DNA from: Paramecium tetraurelia
Taxonomy: Eukaryota
DNA length: 64,000 nt
Direction: 5' to 3'
NCBI GenBank assembly: GCA_000165425.1
Contig: CT868650.1
Coordinates: 62,001-126,000, forward strand
The position numbers were made by a program, and so were the translations under genes. Each line of letters starts with the position of its first letter. The first letter of the stretch is position 1. Positions 53,427-64,000 of the stretch are shown here, one piece after another. The notes beneath the pieces were generated by a model. That model had not been told where the DNA came from, searched no databases, and saw only the letters and a list, made by a program, of their open reading frames with translations.

Positions 53427-55364
53427 TCATTTTCTAGATGGTTCAGTTAATAAATTTTAATAAACTTTAAGGTTTGTTACACTTTTAGTATTTTTTAGTG
53501 TTTCATTCGAACCTAATACTGAAGACAATTATGACTAAGATTATTGGGATAATAAGGATTATTAACTATTCTGAGAATTTTTGGATCTCTTCCTCACCAA
53601 GGAATCTATAGTGTCCTTTGTCACTTATGTTGAAGAATTTTTATCAGATTCGTAACACTGATATCTTTTTTATTGATAAAAGAACGAAGTCTCAAACATC
53701 GGAATAAATTGATTGATCAACTTTTGTTCACGATTTAATTGTTCGAATAATATTCTGTCATTAGTAGTTGGTGATTTAAATTATAATTGTGTTAGATCAG
53801 GAATATAAGGAGGGTCGACTTATTTTTAGATGTACTTTGCAATATCTACATCCTGAAACCAAGGATGTGCTAAAATATCATCGACTCCACTTTTGGAACC
53901 TAATCTTTTGTTGGGATCCTTTATCATAAGCAATTTAATTAGATCCTTTATTTCTGGACTTAGTTTTTTTGGGAACTAGATTTATTCGTTTAGCAATCTA
54001 GTATAAATGATGTTCTTATCTTCACAATAGAAGGGTGGAAGACCTGTAACAAATTCATAGAGCAAGGCTCCTAAACAATAATAGTCAACTAAACTGTTGT
54101 GACCATCATTGTGGAACATTTCTGGAGCCATGTACTCTGGGGATCCACAAAATGAATAAGCATTTTATTCTGGTTGCATGTTTGGTCTGGCCAATCCAAA
54201 ATCTGCCAATTAGATATGTCCTGTAATATCAATAAGAACATTTTCTGGTTTTAGATCTCTATAAATAATTTATTGATGATGTAAGAATCCCAAAGCTAGG
54301 CAAACTTCAGTGATGTAGAATCTAGCTTGAGACTCAGTCATTTTCTAGACTCGCTTCATATAACTAAACATTTCTCCACCAGGGCAATATTCTATGCCAA
54401 AAATGATCCAGTTTTTAGTTTCAAAAGCAAACTCAATTTTGGATGTAAATAATGAACCTTTGTTTGTAGTTTCAATTAAAATGTCTCTTTCATTTTAAAC
54501 CAAATCCTGTTTTTCATTTTATACTACAAAAGACTTGCTAATTAATTTCAGCGCAATAAAACTGCCATCAATTAGGGATCGAGATAATATCACTGTTGAG
54601 AACCCACCTCTTCCAATCACATGTAAAAATTAGAAACAACTTAAATTTAGCTGTTTCGGAGGTGAGATTCCAAAAATGGGTTTCATGCGGATGGTCTTGC
54701 CTACCATGTGAGTCAAAGGCAAAAAAGGAATTGTAAGGTAATAATCAAATCCAATATTTTCATCCAGAGTCGCAAATCCTACCACTTAATAGTTTCCAGA
54801 CTTATTCTTGAGCATATTCAGGACTTTATCTGTTGTTACATTGGCACAGAATTTATAATTTTAGGTTACTTCTGACGAATAATGAACATAGATCTAAATT
54901 TCTGATTTCGGTAGTTTATCAATTGAGGAAGATTTACCTCCTATCTAAACCGAATTGATTAATAAATCTTCAACACTATTTCGACGAGTCATGGATCCTT
55001 TTTCTAAAATCAATTTATTTTTGTTAGTTAGTTTTTGATTCAGAATCAAGTTGATTCCTTTGGTTAGTTATTGAAAAGGAAGGTTAATTTCAGTTGGAAC
55101 CTTCGGTTGCTTTATTTGTGGTTTTACTTTGTCCCTTGAGTTAGATCGCTATTGACTATGCACTCTCTCAGTTATACTCCCATGATTCACCTTGCGATTT
55201 GGATCCGGCTTCGCTAAGTCCTTCAATATTATTTGTGACAAATTCCTTTGTAGAAATTTTAAAGGAGATTAGGATGCATTTTTGCTAGTGTAATTCTTAG
55301 TGCTCATCTAAAAGTTTTGAATCACTCTAGCTGGTGACAATATCTAACCACTTCGTTATCTCAT
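53427..55364 (-). CDS. AGC-family kinase (~645 aa, apparently intronless), paralog of 12482-14269
   Basis: IGRGGFSTV, IALK, EYCPGGEMF, YRDLKPEN, DFGLARPNM, FCGSPEYMAPE, PPFY, RLGS; 1938 nt. Confidence 0.9.
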
Positions 55365-55412
55365 TCTGGCTATCAAATAAAAAATATAATATATATTATA
55401 AACAAATTCAAG

Positions 55413-55841
55413 ATGATAAACAATAAGTTTGATGATGATTTGGACGATTTAATAAATGACATCAATTCAGTTATGGATAACCCAAAAAGCAAACCAGTTT
55501 CATAATAAAACTATTAGCTAGAACAATAGCCAAATCAAAGTTAACAATAGAAAAGGAAATGTTTGTCCCCCCAAATTGGAAACCAATAATAATTTCGAAC
55601 ATGCACAAATCTCAGATGTCTTAAATGTGATCTCTAAGTTAAATGTCATATTAACTAAAAATGGAACAAAGATGCAGATTATTTAATATTCAGAAACTAT
55701 TTTAATAATATGGCAATCCTATAAAAGTATTTGACAGAGGACAATCAATGCAATGCATACAATTGTCAATGCACTAATATCAATGCTCTTGAATCCATAG
55801 ATGCACCATAGAATTGGGTTTGTTCAGGACATACCATTTGA
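55413..55841 (+). CDS. CFAP418: CFAP418 / C8orf37-like ciliary protein (~142 aa)
   Basis: DDDLDDLINDI; CTNLRCLKCD..W..DADYLIFRN..AYNCQC..WVCSGH matches the recalled C8orf37 domain pattern. Confidence 0.85.
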
Positions 55842-56693
55842 AAATATATTTAATAATTATTATTAAAAATTAAGACTTTATTGGTATAATTTGTGCAATT
55901 CTCAAGAATTTTGATGTGTCCCTAAAGTTTACAATTTATCAGTTGTTGATAATAATTAAAATTGAGTTTCAAAAATTGAAGGAGAATATCACTTAAATTA
56001 TTGATTAATAAATAGTCCATCCATTCTAATTAATATTCGATATTTCAATAGTTATGATTAGTGTTTAATATGGTATTTATTTATTTTAAATTACTGATAA
56101 TATAAATACTAATTTCAATATTTATTTTTATCTATAATTTATTTTTATCTACTGATTAGAGTAAAATCATGTTTTGTCTCAATAATATATTAATATTTAA
56201 GAATATATATGCATTAAACTTCCAAAAAAATGAGTAAAATTTCAGGTTAAATTTTTGATCTAGCTCTTATATTATTGGATTATCTAAGAAAACTAGTTAA
56301 TTTAATATAACTATGAATTCACAGATGTAACATTATCTAAAATAAAAATTATTAATTATTATTTCAGCAAACATATGACATTAGAACAAGCAGTATTTAT
56401 AATTTTAATTTAGTTGTCTGAAGATGGGGAATATTTGAGATTGCAAAAACTAACTGAGGCATTAAAACAAATAACAAACGAAATGCCTTACATGAAAACT
56501 TTTAATCAAGTTTCAACCATTAAATATTGTAAAATATTTATGCCATAAACAAGTGTTATGTGCTTATCCATTCAATCCAATTACTGTAGAACTTGTAATC
56601 ACTAGTCTATTAGATCACTTTTAGGATGAACAATTTATTTATACCTTTTTTTCAGCCATAATGGAATTGGCATAAATATAAGAACTGAACACT

Positions 56694-59600
56694 ATGTTTG
56701 GACATCGAAAATCAAAAGTAATGGATATGTATTACTTCTTTTAATTATTTGAGTTTTCCATAAGCTAAGTCAATCCACTTACCTCATCAAATTGGGTAGA
56801 GATATTGTAGAGCTGTTTATGAAAACATATTGGAGGCAAAGAAATTTGCATGCCAATATTTGAAATAGTTGTTTGATGTTGCCATATAATTTTAATAGGA
56901 TATTCAATACTTCTCAATGGTGTTCAAATTGATGATTAAAAACTCAACCAACACTGAATTTATTCATTTTGTAATATAAAAATATGAAGAATGCAAAATT
57001 GAATTGTTTGGAAATCGCAAGTGGATTGACGATTTAGATGATGAAATTATAGAATGTAAGTTTATTAACAAATCTATTAGATTTTGAACAAAGCCAAATA
57101 CCTATGCCTTTTGCTGTAAGTAAAGGATTGGAGTAGTAAAGATAAGATATTAAATTGAGTACCATCTAAAACAACACTTCAATGAGTAATTCTAACAACG
57201 ATTCCTCAATTTTGGATGAAGTTGACATAATGAAAAAAGAACTCGAAACTCTCTATGTGAATATGCAGAAGTGGCTCTGTATAGTAGGAACTCCTTCCAT
57301 AAAATCTAGAACCGAATATTTGAGTGATGAACATCACTTCGACTATTTAATGTCTTTCATATTTAATCCATTAAAATATGAGCCAATTAAAGATTGGGTA
57401 TAGACATAAATTATTTTAGGAGGATAAATTTAATAATTTACAAGTTGAAGTTGAGTAGACGGATTATAAAGTTGAATCGTAATTGCCATCTAAAAGTGAA
57501 TTGATAAGATCTTATAAAACTACATTAATATTCTTGACGGATGACAACTTTTAAGTGATGATTCAAACTGTTCCTAAATTGATCCCAGTTCTTCGTATAG
57601 TATCTTAATTATATTTAAGTTTATCAAATAAAAGTGAGTTTGGAAGAGAAGAATAAGTCAGTTAATCTATTGCATATTAGCTGCATTTTGGATAAATTTC
57701 TACAGAAATATCCAAAATCAACTGTATTATTAATGACTGAAATGAATCTATTTTAAATCCTTGGAAAATATATCTACAATAACAAATTAGCCACCATATT
57801 GGTAGATGTTTTAGATATATAAATTGATAGATATGGCATTGGATCTCCATGTTAAGAATAATTATGGAAATATTTTCACCGTATTAATTGGTTCGAAACT
57901 ATCTCAATTCTATTGATCAACAAAGATTTTTAATTCTAAACTTTGGAACAAAAAGAAAACTAGAAATACATTCAATTGCTTAGATCATTTGCATTAAGTG
58001 AGAAAGAAAAGACTCCGCCAATCATTGATTGTGATGAAAAGAAGAAGTTAACTGACTTACTAGGAACATTGCAAGCAGGCAAAACTATGGAAGAATATTA
58101 TAATTCAAATTAATTGAATTGGCAAATCAATTAAACTTAAAGGGAACATATATTGTATAGTCAAATAGAGGTTTAAGATATTGATGGATTAAAAAAGTTC
58201 GTAGAAGAAAGGGATTCTAACCTTTAAAGATCTATACATAGAATTAAAACTTCATAAATGATTAAGTCAACTAAAATCACAACTTAAATCACAAGAAAAT
58301 CCTCCTAAGTTATACGCTATATATAAATTAATAAACCCATTTTGAGAGGCTTCCATGGACATAGAAGATATTGCGAGAGCATAGATTTTTAATCGGATGC
58401 AATTAGAGAGGATTTTAATAATGATGAGGATTTGAAACTTCATAAATCTAATCCAAGCAGTCTTAGGACTAGTTAATAAAATTCTGAGGATGATGAAGAT
58501 TTGGGATCGATTTCTCCCAGGAAGCTTAAAATTTATCCTGGATATAAATTACATTTGTATGTCAGTGATTTTGAAAAGAATGAAACTAAATTTAAAATCA
58601 ATAAACTTTATTCTGAAGAAGCAATCTAATTACTAAAATTCTAAATTACTGCATTATGCAATTATTTAGATTTACAACACACAAATAAAATTAAAGTTGA
58701 ACAACAAAAAATTGATATTAAGCCTATCATTAATTCCCTATTGACAACTTAAATTGTTATGAAACTCCATTAGTTTTTTTTATATGGAATTTTGAAAGAT
58801 GAAGCAACTATAGAATATTAATTAGCTGAAGAATGTGGAATTATTGTGAACAAGATTTATAAATATTCTTTGCTCTACTAAGAATTACAAGAAATCAAAC
58901 CAATTTTATAAGATACATTCTTAAAAACAGCAGAATATTTGTGTAAATTGATTGTCAAAGCTTATCAAAATTAGGACACTATTTCTGGACTTCAAAAAAT
59001 TTAAACATTTTTGCTTCTTACTTTCAAACAAGGTTATTCGGTATTTCATTTAGATCCGCGTTCCAAAGAAGATTTTGGAGTTCATAAATTTTTTCACTCA
59101 ACAGTTATTCATATCCTCATCTACTGGTTTTTTAATAGCCAAAACAATAATTTGTATTAGAATATCTTTTTGAAGTATAATATTTATTAATTTTAGATTC
59201 ATCACGTTGGTGTTGGCTAATGCTCCACCTGTAATCTTGAGTAGCATCTTATTTAGACTTGGACTTATAGGTTTACTCTTTGACACTTACAACATTTACT
59301 GTTTGAATGGAAGTGAACATGTTTTAATGGCAGATAGTCTTCTTGCTCATGTTAAATGTATTGTGTATTCCATAAATGCCTCAATAACTCATAGATAATT
59401 GACAGCGATTTAAATGAATCTAAGATGTCTTGATTCTTGGAAAAAACTTATTGATGCTAGTCCAAAAGGGGAACTCTCAATCTATAAAGAAATAAACTTT
59501 ATCATCAATCCAAATTTCAATTATAAGCATAGCAAAATAAATTTCTATTCTTATTAAATGTCAATAGAAAACAATGAATCAAATAATACTCCAAAGTTAG

Positions 59601-59734
59601 GTAGAATGAGGGATTAATACAATTCACAAAGATTGAAAGGAAACTATAAACTGCAACATAAGCTTCCTCTTTTACATCCTCTTAATTAAAAATAACATGT
59701 TTTGTCAAAAACATTTAGTACAAATAAACAATGA
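56694..59734 (+). CDS. ~973-aa helical protein with weak SAPS/PP6-regulatory-subunit-like character; introns 56729-56753, 57056-57080, 57398-57419, 57595-57619, 59175-59196
   Basis: Five GT-AG introns give 2922 nt to TGA. WFFNSQNNNLY resembles the SAPS FF-x3-NNFLH segment; the family call is tentative. Confidence 0.65.
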
Positions 59735-59766
59735 CAATTAGAATATATATTTATTATAATACTAAA

Positions 59767-62037
59767 TCAAAAACCTTATTTAACTATTTAGCCAGCTTTA
59801 TTCGTTATAGTTGATTTTTTACTTAGAATTTATGTTAATTCATTTTAAAGAACAGCTGAGAGATTATTTGTGATAGGAGAAGAAGGTTCAATTCGATATT
59901 TACTAACCTATTTCTCTTCAGATTGTTATAAGTTGCTTTGTTTTTTTATTTAGCTTGATTTCTCCTATAATTCTTGTTCCAATTATTGCACATATTAATC
60001 TAATTAAGTGATCTTGTTTTAGAAGATGCTTAATTATTTTTTATAATAGTCAATCTGTTAATTACCAGAGTTTTTCTTTGATATATCTTCTTTGGCTAAA
60101 TTGATCAATTAATAGTATTACTATGAATTCGTTGATCTGATTTAACTTCTATAACTGTATTTATTAACTTAGATTTTCATATCCTTAATCATTTTATCAA
60201 ATGCATTGTATTCCACTCCAGATCCCTCCTCTAAACTATGAAAAATTGGGATATACTTTTCTAGGACAATGTCCAACTCTTCATTTTTATCAAAATTCAA
60301 TTAACTTTTTTCATTTGAAGGGAGTATTGATTATCTAATTTTCTTAACAAAGATGACAGCATATACTGCTCTTCTAAATCGTTTATATATGAGATTACTA
60401 TTGTTTTTAAACTCATTTCTCATTAAAACAAAATAATGCAAATAGTTAGAATATTGTATGAATTATGAGAAGGTTTTTTGTGACTTTTCAACTGATAATA
60501 GATGAGATATCACACTATAACTTAGAGCAACTTTATTCTAAGAAATGGCTTTTCTTACTTATAAGTCCGAGAACTCAGATTTTAATTGGTTATGTTCATT
60601 TCTTAATTCTTCGAATTCTTAAACAATATTTTAAGTTTACCATTTTGATTATTAAATTTGTTGTTCAAAGGCTAGAAATTGTTGATCTTAGTGATAGCAT
60701 TTGTCGATTAATGAATTTATATATTGGTTATCTTATTAAGCTTTTAGATTTTATTATTATAAAGCATCTTCAAGCTAATTAATTTTATCATTTTATTATT
60801 CTTATATAGATTTGTGTTCTTATTATAACTTTTCTTTTGTTTTTGTATATTCTTAATTTAATTAATCAAATTTTAATTTAAGTTACTCACCCACCTTATG
60901 CATATCAAGAATATTCTCACTAACTTAATCTTTTTCTTCTTTTAAATGTGCATTAGTTTCAATGAGATCCATCAAAATATCTTTAATATCAACAAAAAAA
61001 TCTTCAATTTGTGAAATGTTGTAACTATTCTTTTTTTTCTTTTTTGAACTCGAGTGTTTGTTGGAGGTCGAAGATTTCTTGCTTTCCAATATTGGATCTT
61101 AAGGAATGTAACTCTTATTTATTTATAAACATTCTGACATAATTTCATCGATTTAATTCTACATATAGCCAAACAATTTTTAAAACTCTTTGTTTTAATT
61201 CTCAATAGTTGAGTTATAATCCTTCTATTATTCATATTGCTCATTAAAAACTTCACATTGTTTTCTTAATTTCTCATTTGCCTTATTCATTTCATCAAAT
61301 TATAGTGCATAATTCTTTTCACATTCCATAGCTGTTTAAATTTAAATATTGAATTGTTCATTTAATTAAGAATGCTTTTTCTCTAAATCTTCAAATTAGA
61401 TTTTGACATATTTTAATTCAACTAACTCTTAATGCTACTGCTCCAATCTGGTTCTATAGTCTTCCAACTCTTGTTTTAGTAAATCATTTTCTGTTTCCAA
61501 CTATTTCAACATATTAGTAACACTGCTTTCAAATTTATTCTTCTCAGCAACAATCTGTCTCATCTATTATTCAGCATCCTGTTTCTCCTTCTTTAATTGC
61601 TAATTCTTTTTAGTCAATTATGACAATTCTTCCTCCAACCCCTTTACAGCATCCTTAATCAATGCAATTTATTCAGTCAACTCCTATAATGCCTATTCTT
61701 TAGATTGAATTTCTTGACTGTAATATTGAACTTACTCTAATAATTCTTAATTTTTATCTTATACTTCTTTTAAAGCAACCAATAATTATTGATTAAACTA
61801 TTACAATTACTTAGTTTTCCTTTATTGATTCTCAAACATCTGATCATGTTCATCTTACAGAATCGAAAATTGACGATCCACATAATCTTTTTACTTAATT
61901 GCTTAATTCATTTACTCCTCCATCTCTGCCAACCTCTCTTGCAACAAATTAATTGTCTAATCCTTTATTTGGATGTCATTATTAAGCAACTTGATTCTTG
62001 TGTAACTTTCTTGAATTGCCTACACACTATCAGTCAT
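59767..62037 (-). CDS. ~756-aa coiled-coil protein with a PACT-like motif
   Basis: Long heptad-rich E/Q/K region and KRFRRAVYAVIFVKKI; 2271 nt. Confidence 0.72.
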
Positions 62038-62073
62038 ATTAAATTCAAAAATATTAAAAATAACAATTTCATA

Positions 62074-62799
62074 TCACTTCATTATCATTCCCACTATATT
62101 CATTCCCCCCTTCGCCATTTCTCTTTTCAATTGTTATAGTTTCTTCTGATGTTCCCCTCTGCATTTGTAGAATCCCTGCAAATTAGTCAAAGACAAAACA
62201 AAACTTATGATTGGCAAAGGTAACTATACTCTATTTACAATCATACCCAGAATATTTTGAATCCAAAGAAGTCTCCAAGACACATTATGCACCAAAAGAG
62301 TGTTCCATAAATGAGACAAGCCCAGAAGAAATACCTGTCAACTTTATTTGATTATTCTTATGATTGAGTTTAGAACATCCATTTCTATTCACCCTTAATA
62401 TCCATCTCAATCCACCAACGCAATCCAATCAGTTTCAAGCCCAAATAATTTTTCAACGCCAGAAATTGTGCCAACTGCAGTAAAATAACTAAGGGATAAG
62501 CATGAATAACATCCTGTAACAGGATAAATGTCAATCCTGGAATTGAAGTTAATGCCAAAGCAGCAGCACAATAATATGGATGAGCTGCCTCAGTAATATC
62601 ATACTCTTATATTAATAAATCTTTCTATGGAAAACATATACAACATATATACATTAGCTGTCTCCACTTCCTCTTCCTATTAGGTGTTCTAGTAGACAGC
62701 ATCATATTTGTCGACTGTCAAATCAACATCTGGTTCTACATGCTCAGTTAACTTCTTGGGTTATATGTTTATTTTAAAATCTAAGGAGTTAGATTCCAT
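62074..62799 (-). CDS. TVP23: TVP23/FAM18 (DUF846) Golgi membrane protein (~224 aa); introns 62625-62652, 62224-62246
   Basis: AAHPYY, LKNYLGLKLIGLRWW, KWMF, NKVDRYFFW, TNLQGFYKC. Confidence 0.85.
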
Positions 62800-63257
62800 T
62801 AAATATTTTATTTTTAAATTAATATTTCATTATTAAAACAACTCTTTATTCCAATGCTCTCTTCAATACACCTAACAACAATTCTAATAATATTTATTTA
62901 ATATCATAAATTTAAATAAATAATTGAGAAGATAAATCATATTTATTATGAATAGGAATTTATTTTCTTAAGATAAGATAGTTAAATAAAGTGCTTCATC
63001 TAATCTACTTGTTTGGATAACAAAGATAGTAGCGATTAAAAAATATAAAAAGAAATGTTACTTTTAGAATTCAATAATAGTTATTGATAATAATCTTTCA
63101 AATTAGACTTTAAAAAAATGTACTAAATTTTCTTAATTATCAAAATACATTAACTAAATAATTACTTTTGACTCTTTCACTCTTATTATAAAATTTTGAT
63201 TTATGGGTATATAATATAAATAGAATTTTCACTAAAATTAAAGTTAATTAATTAATA

Positions 63258-64000
63258 TCATTCGCAATATTATGTAGGATGCCTCCTAAAAGAAATACGG
63301 TTCTCTCCAAACCTCGAATTGGATGAAGAAGGTATTGTAATTGCAGTTGATATACTGTTATAATTTGTAGTACAAGTAGATTTTGCTCTTGGTAATCTCA
63401 ATGGACATTTTGATTATGGTCTTTGTTCGGTTATGGTGATCTCACGACTGAGGTTCATTAGTTTACTGAGAGGCTTTAATTTTTATTCAACAGGAAGTTA
63501 TTTGTCTTCAATCTGTGATAAGAGCCTACCTCTTTCACTTAAGTAATGGACTTAATTTAAGACTTTAGTAATTTCGGTAGGAAAGTAATGTTGGGGATTT
63601 CTTTCATTAGAGTTACGAATTAGTTTTCTGATAAATAGTTTTGATTTTTCAGATAAAACACACTATTTGAATTATTCGGTTGTTATAAAACGACCGCTTT
63701 TGCAATTGGCTTACTTGATGTAACATGTCAATTCCTGTTCATTGATGCTGATTCCATATTTATTAAGAAGCGAAAGCAATTCAAATTTTTAAATCCTTCC
63801 TTTTCCTTCCTGATCAAATTTAGCAAAGAGTTCTGCTAGTTCTTATTTGTATTCCTGAATATGATATTAAAATACTTCTTCCTATGGATCTACGATGTAT
63901 TAACTATTGACGGATTTACGAAATCTTTGGAGTAGCCATTGTTTGACAGTATGAGTTCGTAATTTAAACATTAATTAATTTATGAGTCCAAAAATTGCAA
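63258..64000 (-). CDS. EF-hand-containing hypothetical protein (start at 63971 or beyond the window edge)
   Basis: LFAKFDQEGKGRIQKFELLSLL EF-like helix-loop-helix; open frame to TGA at 63258. Confidence 0.62.

Noticed and set aside
53296..53574. 93-codon plus-strand frame open in table 6
   Set aside because: It overlaps antisense the C-terminal coding region of the AGC kinase, which runs to TGA at 53427; most likely a shadow frame.
56375..56629. Short plus-strand frame with a 21-nt intron-like segment
   Set aside because: No recognisable domain and no consistent continuation; a possible remnant, not supportable as a gene.
14319..62037. Apparent cluster of ciliary/basal-body genes (TTLL, LRR, CEP78, CFAP418, PACT-like)
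   Set aside because: They are scattered among unrelated genes, and such genes are abundant in ciliates; no evidence of a functional cluster.

Overview
Gene-dense, very AT-rich eukaryotic DNA from a ciliate, most consistent with Paramecium macronuclear sequence (inferred, not searched). Genes read through TAA/TAG as Gln (translation table 6, TGA the only stop) and are split by 20-30 nt GT-AG introns. The supplied standard-code ORF track is therefore mostly fragments and antisense shadows. Re-reading by hand gives about 30 gene models with very short spacers. Recognisable products: class 3 lipase, PTEN-like phosphatase, six protein kinases (one a likely pseudokinase), TTLL tubulin ligase, SCOT CoA-transferase, TBC RabGAP, CEP78-, CFAP418-, TVP23- and RNASEK-like proteins, and splicing factor SF1/BBP. 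There are also three very large surface or membrane proteins and several orphans. I saw no rRNA, tRNA, telomere, transposon or CRISPR sequence, and no multi-gene novel system that I can support. Best leads: a 9-TM double-tetraspanin-like protein fused to a long ectodomain, an LRR gene needing a GT-TG intron plus a frameshift, a degenerate SF1 QUA2 helix, and a PTEN/AGC-kinase pair 18 bp apart. Coordinates are hand-derived. Long genes were only spot-translated, with a length-divisible-by-three check.
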